A stretch of DNA of 64,000 nucleotides from the human T2T-CHM13v2.0 reference genome, Homo sapiens (GCF_009914755.1 NC_060930.1), one strand, 5' to 3'. Shown: positions 25,181 to 40,948, counted from the stretch's first letter. The notes: generated by a model not told the origin, from the letters alone. A program made the numbers and translations.

Positions 25181-28100
25181 ATGTTTTCTTTTTTTCTTTC
25201 CCATAATTCACTGGCTCGTTTGCTTTTTGGGTACTTTTAATTTTCCCTCTAAATTTCAAAGTACTAGGTGTTAAAATCTGGACATTTGAAAGTTTGATTT
25301 GCAATCATCTAAACTCCTAAAAAACAGAGGTCTCTTTCTAACATTGATTTACTCTCAGAGGGTCACTCATAAACATATTCATTACAGGCACACTCCACGA
25401 ATATTCAATAATACATCAATCACTAAGCTGTTTATGTTAAGAGACACAATTGAAATTGAACAATATAACTCAATAAAATTACTGGTCTTTTTATTTATTC
25501 ATCCAAATCCTAGTTGCTCAGTCATTGTAAACAGATCCATTGGAAACAATTCACTTTTCTATTGTTTCAGGATTGATCTTCTCAAACACATGATTATTCT
25601 TAATTCAGACAAAATATTTCATTTCTTTAAGTACACCAGAAGGAATTAGAGCCAGCTGAATGCAATAAGAGAAGAGGAAGGAAGACGCTCAGTAAAAGGA
25701 AATCAAACCTGTTTACAAGTCTGGATCTAAACACTTGTGAGATTTGTGGTTTTGGAAACTACGTTCATATGTTAGAGGAGAAAATGATGAATACTGGATA
25801 AACATGGGTTTAAATGGCCTAGGCCAGATTCTTATTCCTCTTTGCACCCTAAGTATCTCTTTTAAACAAAGAGTTTCACTTAATTTCAAAAAGACCACAT
25901 GCAGACAAAAGATCAATGAACAGCAGAGTGACAGAGAAATTCAATTTTTCCGAGAATGTTGATATATCTACCATCCAGAAGACAATTTAAAATATGGAAG
26001 CACTCATAAAAACAATTAATGTATGTAGTCATCATGAGATACACCAAATTATCATCTCATACTAGTGGTAAATCTTGGTTTCCTAAATCTGTTTTTTGTT
26101 TCCCGTTCTTCCACTTTGAATATATGATACTGCAAATATGCTAAACAGGGCCCTTGGGCAAATTAGAAACAGAGGTTGGCAAAAATATTAGGAATTTTTT
26201 TGTTTCAATTTAAAATGTGTTTTTTTAGAACGTAAAAAACTTAATATAAGTGTATTCTGGAATCATAAGGATGAACATCAACTAAACGAGTCCTGTCCTG
26301 GAACTCTAGTGCCCTTTGGCATATGTATTTATTTATCTACATTTTAAACTTAATAATTTTTTAAAAGTATGAGGACAGCTGGGTTGAAGCTATTCAATAT
26401 GCAGTCATTTTGGATCAATGTGACTTCAAGTGATGGGTTACCAGAAAAGATGCTGGACTGTAAGAGTTTTTGAATTTGTGGGCTTAGGAATTTTGATGAC
26501 TAAAAAAATAAAAAAAAAAGGCTAAAGGGAATTGGCATTTAAATTCCATGTGGCTGAGCTTTTTAGTTGCATTCAGACACTTCTATTTTTATTTCTTCAA
26601 GCTGGGCCTGTTTCCAAGAAGGAAGCTGTGGAATTATTGCTCTTACTCCCACATTTAGTGCAATCCCTTACAATACTAAGGATAGGTCAGATTTTTGCCC
26701 GTCCCCTGCATTAAACCTACAAGTAGATCAGATTTCAGGATAAGCAACAAGCAAAAAAGGACAAAAAAATTTCAAGTGAAACATTTGAACCAGCTTGACT
26801 TGAATTAGGGTCGAATCAACTGCATAATCTAATGTTCATAGAGTGCTTTGTCTTTAGAACCTGGCTGGTTTTACCCTATAACATTTAAGTTATTCTTCCA
26901 TTTATTCTTTTTCTTCTTCTCTTCTTCCTTTTATTTTTATTACCCCACTGTGTTCCTATACATTTAAAAGGTTAGCTGTTTTTGTTTTATGCAATGGAAA
27001 AACTGTTGTTGAAGTTTTAGCCTTGAAAAGCACTGACTGTACCTAAAAACGGAAAGAAAGCACTCCTTTGCCTTGCCTCCCATTGGTTGTTTGGAAACAG
27101 CTGTTTGACGCCAAGTTTGTACTTCACTCTTATCAGCTCATTTGGTGAGATCAGAATGTGCCTGAATAACTCTGAAGGTTAAAATATGTTGACTGAATTT
27201 TCTGCTGCCACCATTCAGCAGCAGCTAGGCTATGCCTCTCATGATCATGACACGTAGTGGAAATTTTCCTGGCTTCTATACATCATCATCTCTGCCTGGT
27301 GAGTGTCATACTGAGGATGAGCACAGCAGGACGGCCTGCCAATGGGCCTGACAGAGCTGGCCTACGAACATATGGAATTGTGCTTCCAATGGAAAGCACA
27401 CTATTTGCATTGACTTGTCATCATTCAGGGACCAAATTTTTTATTTTTGCCTTTTTATCAACCATTGGTGTCTTGTTTAGGGCATCTATAACTTTTTTTT
27501 TTTCAGAGAAAATTGGGCATTACGATTTTCTTACTCAATCTCATAATCATTTTAAGCATTCCAAAAATTATACTCCACTGGTCCTGACTGCTACTTAAAT
27601 TGTATGCGTTCTTTCCAGTCCTTATTTACAATTTAACTCCAAATGCTTCATAGTACAAACAGAAGAGCCTTTGATTTTGATTTTTTTAATCATTCAATCT
27701 TACAGAATTGAATCATGCCATATTGTTATTTTTGCTCAGCAATTAGAAAATACTCACTGTCCAACAGTCCAAGAACTTTTAAGTATTACAAAATCCTTTT
27801 CCGTAATCTCATGTTAACAATACAGCCTTAGTTTAGAAGCATTTTCTAAAAGATGTTAAGCATTAACCTTGTAATTTGTGGTGTGCTTATATTTATCGCC
27901 AAATAATTTGCAGCATTTTGTCAGTTATTTATCTAGTTATTTATATGTTTATCTGATGCCTATGCTGAAATATTCAAGGGCTTTTACAAGTGTGCTGTGT
28001 TAGCAGAAAATACTGTTCAAGGGAGAAAAAAATATTCTTTTTCACTTGACTACTTCAATACAGCAACTACAGTAGTTACTGTATGACTTATTGAACAACC

Positions 28101-29349
28101 ATTAGAAGGAAAGAGATGAAATAGATCAGCCAATCCCCTAAGTCATAGATACTGAATATCTACTTCGTGTGGGTTTATGTCTAAGATATCATGGGAGCTC
28201 CACAAAATATATAACTGTTACCCAAATGGCAAAATAGTGAACTTGGGATCAACATAAATTTTAAAAGGCTTGTACCTAATTTTTATTCTTTTTTGTTCCT
28301 CAAGTTCTTTTAAACTTAGAGCTTCCCTGGGCCTCAACCAGTGCCAGCTGGGCAAAAATTCAATAACCTATGTGGAGATCATTATTGACCAAACATGTTA
28401 TCAGATTTAGATGGTTTGATATGCAATTATTCTGAAGACCAATTAAATATCACACACTGTGGTCATTAATAGACAAAATTGTATTCTTATATGAATGATA
28501 CATCTTAGTTTCCCATATCTGTTTTCTCCTTCCAGTATATATTTTTTGAATAAATATTAAAAACCTGCCACATGGACAAACCATGCCAGTGTTTCCTTTT
28601 CATCATATACAGTTATTTGAAGAGGTTGGCATTAATCTGTGAATTCTCCATCTAGCTCATCAGGAAATAGCTGCAAAGAAGGAATTATCAAATAGTTACC
28701 TTGGTCCCTGTGGGAAGAGCGGGGCTCCTTATGGGGAAGATGGGAGAGACAAATTTAGGAAGAAGAACTGAGAATTGTTTTTTCTTCCTAATTCTTGCCT
28801 AAATTCAGATAACTTATTATGGATGCTATTTTCATCTTCTGAAATATCTAACCACCTTTTCAAAGACTAGGTTTAATTGGGGAGGATTTTCCCTTCTACA
28901 AGGCTTGCTTCAATTCTAGACTCATTAAGATGTTGAAATATCTATTCTGGTGGTTCTTTCCTTAATGGTATCAGGTTGAATTCTGTCTAAAGTTTTACAG
29001 GTTCAGATGTTGAATCTTGTTAAGATGCAGATGTGTTCCAGGATCTCCACCTAGAACAGCCATTCAAAAACCCCAGAGTAGAGCTAAACTTTGTGTGCTT
29101 GTGAAGTATGATGCACACACAAAACTACAGTGTAGTTGAGAAATGATTGTGAAGATAAAACCATGCCTCGTGTACAAAACCCCACACATATAAAAATAAT
29201 CATCTTCAACTTTATGTAATTGTTCATAAAATAGATTATTTAATATTAGTTTTTTTAAACACAGTATGAAAGTAAAATTTTAAAAGTGTAATTATTTGAA
29301 GTGCACAAGAGTGCTTTACATTAAAAAATTGCAACTATATGCCCCTAAG

Positions 29350-29455
29350 CAAATCAATTAACTTCTCTGGTTGTGGTTTCCTCTTCTGCAAAACCAGAGG
29401 ATTGGACCAGCTATTTCTCAGGTTTCTCTCAGGTCCAGTATTTAATAATTCTGTG
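29350..29455 (+). mobile_element. MIR/MIR3 core fragment
   Basis: AAGCAAATCAATTAACTTCTCTGG...GTTTCCTCTTCTGCAAAA...GGATTGGACCAG. Confidence 0.55.
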
Positions 29456-32375
29456 ACTCATTTTATGAAATTCATCACACCTTAATTTATGAACTTCTAA
29501 TTACATATTTGTAAGTAGGCTTTTCTTAAAATGGTTTCATACCATTTGTTATATTAATACTTGCTTAACAGTTAAAGAGAAATTAAAGATAGAAGAGAAT
29601 GAACAAGAGACAGGAATAAGAAATAGTTCCTAAAGCCCAAAGTACTAAAAGGCATTACAGGCAATACAATTTTGTGGGTATTTTGAAGAAAAGGAAAGTC
29701 ACTGTAAACTTTAGTTTCTATTTTGTGCCATATGTGTTATGGCTGCTAGTTACTTAATCTCACAACTACTCTAAAATAGATATTAATGTCCAGTGTATAT
29801 TGCTAAGTAAACTATGGCTCAGAAAAATCCAAATCCATTGAATTAGGAAGTAACACAGTTGAGGTCTTTGGGTTTGAGTGATTCTTTACATGCTCTTACC
29901 AGATCATGATGCAGTCTTTGTTTATCAGGATAAAATAGCAAAAGAGAACTGCACATAGAAGGATTAAGTAGCACATGAAATGTCTATGCTCCTAAAGAGT
30001 TCCAAAATAATGTCTTTTATCAACATTTGAATTTTTATTAAAAAATTCTTACCCAGAATAAATTGAAATAAAGTATAAAAGACCACATATGGTGCTAACA
30101 AAGACTTATGTCTGCTGATGCTATGCTATTCAGTGATATAACAATGCTAATCATAGCAATAAAATATTTACTAAATAAATATGGATTGAAGCTTTGAGCA
30201 AAGGCCATCGTTGTTTTTCTCATAACACAGAACTACTTTCACGAGAATGATATGTGCATAAAATTTGCCCTCTACAAGAGATTACCTAAAGAATTATTGT
30301 TATTTTGTAGAAGGTTTGTATTGCACTTCAAATCCAATAATGAATATTGAGGGCTTTCTGTTCAGATCTATGAAATAAAGGATAATTTATGCTTATTCAT
30401 GTAATAACTAAGAAGCTATCAAATATTTATTATTGGATTGAAGCAATGGAAATGGTGAGAAGAAGGGAGAATGAATCTATTTTTAAAAGAAGAAAAATGC
30501 AATTAAGTCTTTTTGGGGTATAAGAATTTGCAGAACTATTATAAATAGAAGGGCCCATCTCAGCTTGATTACTTCAAAACAGCTTCCTGCAACCTCCCAC
30601 CAAGTAGATGAGCAATTAGTATAATCACAGCAATAAGTCAAAGACACTTGCTGTTCAAACTTGTGTTGCAACTTTTCCTTTTGGCATTGCTCCTAGCCTA
30701 TTCCAGTTCCACACACAGACACAAATGCACATATTTAATAAAATTTTATTTGGTAAAAGGCAAATGCCTAGGCTTGACTTCTTTTTTTGTATCAAGGTTA
30801 AGTAAAGGGCACTGAACAAGTGAAGCTGTGCTGAAAACAACAGTGGCCAAGGCAGAGATATTCTTATACCTCAACCCGTTGTGCAGATGGAAGTCTGGCC
30901 AAAAAACCATAAAGCATCAAGTCTGACTGTGAGTCAATCTGTCAGCACAAGTACAAGGTGACTCAGGAAAAGACTGCATTTTGTTTTCTGGGAAATATTC
31001 AGGGGTTCTAGTAATTTATGAGTGTTGGATATTGTTTTCAGGAAAGGATAAAAACGACTTCATAAATAGAAAGAATGAAATTTTAATAATTGATTCTCTG
31101 CTAAAAAAACAAAGAGTAAGAGTAACCCAAGCGAATTCATTTTTTAAAGAAATTTTCAATAGGCAGATATTAAACCTACACTTCAGTTTGAGATACTTCC
31201 ATATTTGTAAATCTTATGTTACTAAGTTGACTCAGTACACAATAAATTGTTTCTAAGAAGCAGCAGCATAGTAAAACAGGCTTTGCAACTCCAGTCATGT
31301 GACCTTTCGAACTATGTTTTTAGCGTGTCTAATTTTAAGGTTTGCTTTAGGTTTAATCTACACAATTAATTAATTGTTACAAGTTGTCAAATTATTGGTT
31401 TGTCTGGATCTTCTATGTTAATATGAATTTAAAGGAATGTTTAATGTTGTTGAATAATAGGGAGAAGAGAGAGCTTTAGATCTTTGATTTTTCAGTCTTC
31501 CTGGTATTGCTAGGTATTTTAAATACCCAGCATTTGTCTATTCCATTGTGTCAATTATGACAGCCTTGATTTTTCACTAGTTTGGGAGTTCTTTTATGAG
31601 TGTTTCCAAATGCTTTCCTTCTTTTTTACCTAATTAAAGAAATTCACCAACTTATAGGGGAAAACATCAATTTCAACTTTTTATGAAATTCTGCTGAGAG
31701 GTTACAGAAGGTATACAGCAAAATACATTTAAAACATTCCAGCTATTAAAGGACAACTATTTTTTTTTTATTGAGGATAAGCACTTTTTATGGTCAAAAG
31801 GAATCTGACTTTTCTATTGAAATGTTATATAGAAACACCTGAACACACATAGATACTAAGGCTGAGTTCTCAGGAAATAGTATTCTACCTCCCCAAAAAA
31901 CTTTGCTTACTGAACACATTATTTTAAGAAGAGAGATTATTAGTAACAGTGATAAGTATCAAGGCATAAGATCAAAATGGAAAAAGAGAAAGCACAGAAG
32001 ATTGGTTTCTAATAGTGTAAATTATCCTGAAACTGGATACATGAAAGTTTAGAATAACAGGAAGAAAGGAGAAACTTTAGAGGCAGAAATTCAAGGTCAA
32101 AGGTCATCACCATATAGGAATTTGAATCAGCTAGGAAAGATAATTGCAAACCTTGACTTTGTCTTTAAATGTCACAAAAGGAAAAGAACAGTACAAGTAT
32201 TTCAATACACAATTTACCATAGATGCCATACCATGATGATACAGATGACTGAAAGAATGCAGTTGAAACATATCAATGTAAATATATTATTATTTGAAAT
32301 ATAAAGGTAAATACCTCATAATGTTGTGGAACTTGGCTTATTTTTAAAGAATAACTCAGTTTTAAGTAATGTGCA

Positions 32376-32760
32376 TATTATGGGCTGAGTTTTGTTCTCC
32401 CAAATTCATGTGTTGAAGTCCTAACCTTCAGTACCTCAGAATGTGACTGTATTTGAAGATAAGGTCTTTAAAGGGGTAATTAAGTTAAAATAAGGTCTTT
32501 AGGGTGGACATTAATCCAGTATGGCTGGTGTTCGTATAAGAAACAGAAAGTTGGACACAGACATGGACAAAGACCATGTGAAGACACAGAAAGAAGATGG
32601 CTGTGTACAAGGCCAGAAGAGAGCCCTCTGAAGACACCAATCCTGCCAACATCTTAATCTTTGACTTTCATCCTCCAGAACTTCAGGGAAATAGATTTCA
32701 GTTGGTTAAGGCATCCACTCTATCCTGCTTTGTTATGGCAACCCCTAGATAACTAATTCA
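32376..32760 (+). mobile_element. MaLR solo LTR (MLT1B-like)
   Basis: TATGGGCTGA...GTTGAAGTCCTAACC...GTACCTCAGAATGTGACTGTATTTG...TTTGTTATGGCA...AACTAATTCA. Confidence 0.9.
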
Positions 32761-35700
32761 GTTGGAAAGCATTTTATTCAAAGGAAATTAGAAGAGAGAA
32801 GTTTCTACAGAACAGGAAACACTGATGATTCTTTTGGAAGACATGAAGAACCTCTTAGATTTCATCTGGCCCAAGTGCCCTTGCGATCAATAAGCTTCAT
32901 GGGGATCCACATTTGATTTTCCTTATTTTGGAAATGAGTAGTAATTACCCAGAGTGACATGTTGAGAAAAAACTGAAAAACCACAAGGCCTTTAGGTGAG
33001 GGTGGGTGTGGGGGGAAGGGGAGAGCTCTAAATGAAGCATGTTCTATATTGATCAGTGATGTTTTCCCTGGGTGAGGGGTAGTGAGTGACCACACACATG
33101 CATGTGTTGACCCAGAGTTGTATGGTAATTTTTTAATTCAAATGTCTCTGTGTATGAATCTGTTTGTTCCTGGGTCACCTTGGAATTAGGGTTATTTCAT
33201 GTATTCCCTCATTCTTTATTTGACCAAATAGAAAAGTTTAGATATAAATAAAAACTATGAGACAAATTAAAAATATATAATGTGTTGAATAGTATTTTTT
33301 TCTGAGTGAGGCAAGGAAAGCCATCCTATAGTTACTGTTTTCTAGCAGGTGAGCTCTTTCACAAGATGGTAAAGCTAGAGAAGGTTACTATGATACTTAG
33401 ATAGCACAGCTACTTAAAGGGTTGATATCCGCATTTTCCAGATCTTACAGTTTTTAAATATTTAATGCATAGCAAAATATGATGGTTATTACAGTAATCA
33501 TCTTTTCTGGATGCTGAGGGAGGGAAGATAGTAATATTTTTGCCTTACTTGCCTATTACCTCATATTATCTGCATTCTCAGAGGTTATAGGGTTCTTCCC
33601 CCTTGCTTTTGAAAATGTGATGCAAAGACATGGCATTCTTGTCATTTTTTTTTTCTGTTTTGATGTACTTTAGTGGCTGGAGTTAACTCTGCAATATTGA
33701 GCCCCAAATGGCTTCAACTTTGTCACTGAGGAAAGACTCTAAATCTGAAAAGATCTTTCCCATTCTGGTCTGCCTGACAGTTGCTCCTCCTCCCCTTGGG
33801 CAGGGAACCCAGAGAATCAGAAGCAGATCTTCTTGCTCTGGGGTCACTCTGTCAGCTTTGAGGCTGACCAGCAAGGGATACTCAGCTACTGTTAGAGCAA
33901 TTTTTTGAGGGGAGGAAGGAAGCTGCATAACCTGATTAAGTATCAGTACATCATTTTTAAAGGGATGCTATGTTCGATTCAGAACTATGCTCCTTTCTAG
34001 GAACATGCCAATTATTGGCTAATCAATATTCTCAGTACCACCTTCCAAATCTCTACAATGTTAATGCTATTTTTAACATTGGATCTACAACAGGAGACCT
34101 ATTATTCTGCTGAATATTCTGAAATTAGAGGCATAAAGATGACAGAAAAAGCAACTCAGAGATGGATCAAAAATATTATAAAATATCAGGGAGACTATTT
34201 CCATATAGTCTCTACTGATGTTATTTTTAATTTTTCAAATTTAGTTCCTTTGCTTTTGAAAACTAAGCTACCTATGTTTTGCACTTTTTAAGCATGTATT
34301 CTTTTCTATCCTGAGGTTATTAGTCACAAATTCATCTTTTACATTAATTTATCAATATGACTTTTCTTCTGTGAATTTCAGATTGGTTTGCCATGGCTCT
34401 TTGAAACAGTTACTCTTGTCCTCATTGTAGAGATGGCGATACTAAGGCAGAATATGGTAAGGTAATTTATTCATAATTTCCAAGAACTCTATACCCTGTC
34501 AACTTCAAATTACACATCATAGTGCACGCTGGGGCATATGTTGGGCTTCCCTTTGATTAACAGGGAGGAGGTTGGGCTTGATGACCTCTGCAGGAGGCTT
34601 CCAGCTCTGTAATACTAGGATCTTAATTCTGACGAATGGTCCTGATGGTAACTAGAACCAAGCTACTCCCCCACCCTTTAGTTCAAAACTTAAGACAAAT
34701 CACACACTCATGCAAAATATTTTTTCTCCCTACTAATTCATAGGGTAAAATATCAATTTCTGCTAAGCATTGTTATGTTCTGATTTAGTCATGAGTGTGA
34801 GTTGATGAAAGGACCTATCTTATTTACACTGTTGTTTGGAAATTCTACGGGGATTTTGAACTGGGGGAAGGACACAGCGGGAAGTTTGGTTCCAGCTCAG
34901 TGAATGACATGTTTGTACTGGACAATGTAGCATAGTTTCTCCTAAGCTTCCAATCTGGGCATCAGCTGACTACACTCACAAAATAAGCTGATGATATTTA
35001 GATTTTACCAAGACTAATTAAGCAAGATGCATATTTCCCAGTAGTTATCTGTGACTGAGGTGTGAATTTAATTTTTTTTAAATTAACAAAGTGATTTTGT
35101 GTAGTTTCTTTTGTTAAATTAGTTTTTATTGTCATTCCAATGCCTTGATTCTTGGTTCATAGGAAGAACAATAACCTCATTTGATTGTAATTAAATAAGG
35201 GGGAAAACATTTTACTTTTTTGTTATTATTGCTTCTGAACTCCGAAGGAAGGAAATGACATACTTTAAATAAGGACAGAAGATTCTCTGAGTGGAACTAT
35301 GATAGCAGTTACTGTGTATCAGATTTTCTTGAGCATTAAAATCTTCTTTTAGAAGTATGTTTATCACCCTACAAACCTTTCTGGAGGTTTAATGTAAACT
35401 TGGAGTAGCTGGTAGAGGTGCTGGGATTTGAAAAAGGTTTCTGTTCCTTTACTATTGTCTTAGTTTCTCTTGCTCATCGGACCAAAGTTTGGAATCACGT
35501 CTCATCTTCGTGTATTTTGAAAATCTAACAAATCTAGAAGATGGTGTGAATGTGCATATATTTAGACAATTTAAAATTTTGTCAAGGACATGAAAGAAAG
35601 ACATGTTTTCTAACAAAACAGAAAAAAACAAAAATAAGAACAGAATGCTTTTAACATTGCTTAAAGAACTACAGAACTATGGTGGCAAAGTGAGTATGTC

Positions 35701-37844
35701 ATACAAGGTAGGCTATGTAAATCTATGTGTGATAATTGTGTACTATTCATTGATAGGGGATGTACTTTCTACTTAACACATGTTCTCCTCCTAGATACCT
35801 TACCTATAGGTACAGAAGTATCTATTATATTGGTTTAGGCTGATTCTAAGGGATATTTCTCTTAATGTAAGCTGAAGCAGAGAGAAACTCTATTGGCAGA
35901 TGCAAGTGACTTTTTTAACACAATGAGTTACTGAAGGATGGATTCTTAAGCTATGGAATATTGCTGAAATCAAAGCTGCTATAATGCAGTTATACTTTCA
36001 TAAGTCTGAATAGAAAAAAAAGTCACATCATGGAAAAGAGAACTCAATCAAATATTGGACTTCCACACTATTTATGTGTACTATGTGTACTATGTGTTCT
36101 TAATAAATATTCTCATAAATACCTGCAAAATTCGTGGGGTTTTTTTTTGCTTCCAGTATTCAGCAGTCTTGAAGATATGTGATACCTTGGTTTAGGAGCT
36201 GTAGAGCTCTGACAGAAGACCCATATTATAATTCCTGCATAACTAAGAAAAAGAAAGTGGACGATACCAATTAAAAAAAAGACTTAGAACCAGAAAGCTG
36301 ACCTGAAAAGCCATACATAATGTGTTGATATTTTCAGAAATTGAAATTTATTTGAAAGTTTCTGGTATTTCACAGCAAAATATGATGGAAACTGACAAAA
36401 ATGTAAAGTGAAAATTTTCCTAATGATAGCTCATTCTCCAAAAGTTTATTCTACAAAGATGAATGAAGACAAAATTTTAAATATCACAACGACCCTCTTA
36501 TTTGATGTTCACTGAGAAAGGAGATATTGTTTTTTTCTCCTAAATTATCCCCAGATTGTAATAATAATGTGTATTAACATGATTAATATTATTTATTGAT
36601 AATTTTAATAACTTTTAAATCCATCTTGTAGGTTTCAGTTTTTCAAAATCTTTGTTTTAAAATTAAAAGCCCAAGCCCATATGAAAAGATACAAATTTTA
36701 ATAGATTTTATCTGGCATTTAAAAGGCATTGCCACAGTTTGGCTAACTTAGACAAATATGTCTATCTGGACATTGTAAGTGATTTGGTAGAAATAAAGGC
36801 ATTACACATGTGGATGCAAACCCACTTGCATGGTATCACTGGTAAAACCTTTAAAGATTAGCTTGAACAGCAAAATCTTATGAGAATATGAAGCTGCCAC
36901 CTTAATAGCATTCATTATTTTTATTTTTAATAAAGAAATAGCTTTATTTTGGCATAACCAGTATAGGAAATCAAGTTGAATTTGTGTCACATTGTACTGA
37001 ATAGGTTAGGCATAGGACATTTAGAACCTAAGGTTTTTTAATGTAAGTCAATGTTTTACTTGAATATAAGTAATTAATCAGTATCTAATGTGGTTTTGGG
37101 GCCATAGGGTAACTTAGTTTTCATATCCTAAACAAACCTACCTTTTTAGTTGCTTTCAGTCAATAGGGAAATGCTTCAAAGAAATGACCAACAACCAAGT
37201 TCCGATGGGCAAGATCTTACCAGTTATTATAAAAAGAAGCCTCAAATGCTGTTAACTTGCATATGGACAACCAGATTTACGCCATAAAATAGGAAATACT
37301 TCTATTATTGCATATAAAACTTAAAAAAGGTTTAATTTTAAACATATAAATCATACTTAATCTAACAATATGCACATTATGTGAAAATGTCATCTAACTC
37401 TTTGCCTTTCAAGTTCGTATAATATTATAGAAAACGCAGATATTTTCTTTATCTTTCTTTTTTAAAAACAGATTCGTTACCCTGTAGGTTTCAGTTAGTT
37501 AATATTGAACAGGGATTCAGGGAAGGATTCTTTTTTAAATTATTGAAGAGATCTGAATATGTTTATAAACTGAGACCGATATCCCAGTGGAGGAATAATG
37601 AAACCAAAAACTGATGAAATCTGTTCACAGTCCTGGAGGAGATGAACAATGGAGACAGGGGAATTGGAGGTTAAAATTATATCATCTGCAAGTGGGTGAA
37701 GAAATTTGCTCTTTCAATGCTGTGAGCACATTGCTTCTCCAATATAATCCTGGACATGCCCAATTATCCTATTATTTGTGATGTTTATAGATATACATAT
37801 AATTGGTGAGATGCATTTCTGAGTTTGAAATAGCTTTGAATACT

Positions 37845-38478
<634 letters not shown>

Positions 38479-39103
38479 CTATTATTGCTAGAAGCAAAAA
38501 CAATGAGGGAATGGAACCAATGCCTAAGACCACCTACTGGCCACCAGGTGAGCACCACAGCCCTGCTGGGGATTTGCACTGGCTCTTCTCTTCAGAGCTG
38601 AGAAGAGTTGCCCAATGGGAGCTCCTTGACTATTGCTTGTTGGTCATCTTAAAATATTGATGGCTGCTTGTGTCCCGAGATATCCTCAGCCCTGTTTGTA
38701 TATTTCCCTTTCCAATGCGTACACTAGAACACTTACCACTTCCCCTGGGTTCTGAAGTGGGTTCCAAGGTGAGCCAAGATGAGCACTTGTCCTTCAAGAG
38801 ATTGGAAAGCAGTGACGTCTCAGCTGTTTTACACAGTTAGACACTGGGGATCCATTCAGTGCTTTTTGGAAAGGAAACACAAACATGGCAAGACTTCATA
38901 CTTAGGTAGCAAATTACAATTTCCAAAGTCTTTTTATACCTTCAATATTAAATTCAGTGTTCTAATTATGGTAAATGTTCTAATTATGGTAAACCACCAG
39001 GTTATAGCCTGAGTTTTTGAGGCTTGAAATTTATACTGTTTAGACAGCTTTTGTTAGGAAAAATAATTAAAAGATATAAATTCAAAATTAGGTTGCAACG
39101 TAA

Positions 39104-39496
<393 letters not shown>

Positions 39497-40372
39497 TGAG
39501 AAATTGCAAAATCAGAAAATCCAGAAAAAATCCAGAAAATAACATAATATTTGAAAGAATCAACTGCCTCAAACATGTCTGTACATTTTTTTTCTATTTT
39601 TGGCCACACATTTCTGCTCACTTCTCCATATTACACCATTTATAATATTTTCTATAGAAACAATAAAATGATATTCATTCTTGCCTCTAGCATAATCCTT
39701 TCTTTACAAAATTAACAATAAAAATAAACTAAAATAAATTTAAATACTTGACAGTTTAGAAAGTTTACTTCAGCTTCAGGCTAGTCATTGATGATGTCAT
39801 TAAAAATTTCAAAATTGTTGTCATATTTAGAAGCTGTGGTCTCATAGAAAAAATATCTACAAAGTGTTTGTTGAGCACGATCCTTCTCAAATATACTTAC
39901 TTTATATTCTCTGATACAGTTTTGTGCCCAAGAAGCACACATTTCTGGTAAATTTCATTGTGTGTAAGTCTCATACAAATTACATGGCAAATTGATAATT
40001 TGTATATTTTTAATAACTTCCATTTTGATCAATCATTGATAATAACCTATCTTTCACTTAGAATTTTACACAGCTAATTCTGGGAAGAATTTTCCTCATG
40101 TTTTTTTCTGGCCCTGTACATTTCAGTATTGTTTTTCATCCAATGTTCACACACTTTGGGTGCCAGTCATCATGGGACAGATTCATTTTGCTGTAGCATT
40201 TCTGGCCTTGTACATTGGTGTCATGATGCCAGGACAGTCAGCACAATGGGAGGCATGACTATTGCTGTAGCCCAGTCCCACATATGGAGAGAAGGCGACA
40301 ACATAATAACCATATATTAAAGTGACTACAAACCACATCAATACATTCTAATGAAATCAAGCTAAATTATCC

Positions 40373-40948
40373 TATACCAGTTATCTACAGCTATGCAAGA
40401 AAAAAAAGTCCCATATTATGGTGGTTTAAAACAGTAAACATTTTATTGCTTACAGTTTTGTTGGTTGGATATTTGGGGCTCAGTGGGGATGGCTTGTCTC
40501 TACTCCATGTGATGTCAGCTGGGGTGACTTGATTAGGGCTAAGAGATCAAAGATTGCTTCATTCTCAATAAATGGAGCTTTGCTGTTACTGTCAAACTGG
40601 GGCAATGTGGTTCTCTTCCATGTGGCTTCACTCTCCATATGGTAGTTCATTCACTATGATCTTTCTCTCCACATGTTCTCTGTCTCCGCAGGCTAGCCTG
40701 GACTTCTTTTTGTGGAGACTGGATTCCAAGATTGAAAGTAGAAGCTACATGTTTTCTCCAAGCAGGGCTTTCAGACTTCACTTCTGCAACATTTTATTGA
40801 TGAAAGCAAGTCACAAGACCAGACTGATTCAAGGGGTGGAGAAATAGACCCTACTTCTTGATGGAGGGAGGAGTAGAGTTACATTGCAAAGGGATCTGGA
40901 CAAAAAAAGGAGTGATTTATTAGGAATCATGTTTAACAATTTACCACA
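40373..40948 (-). mobile_element. MaLR solo LTR (MLT1G/H-like)
   Basis: GTGGTTTAAAACA...AAAGCAAGTCACAAGACCAG...ATTCAAGGGGTGGAGAAATAGAC...CTTGATGGAGGGAG...TACCACA; ATCC on both flanks. Confidence 0.82.
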
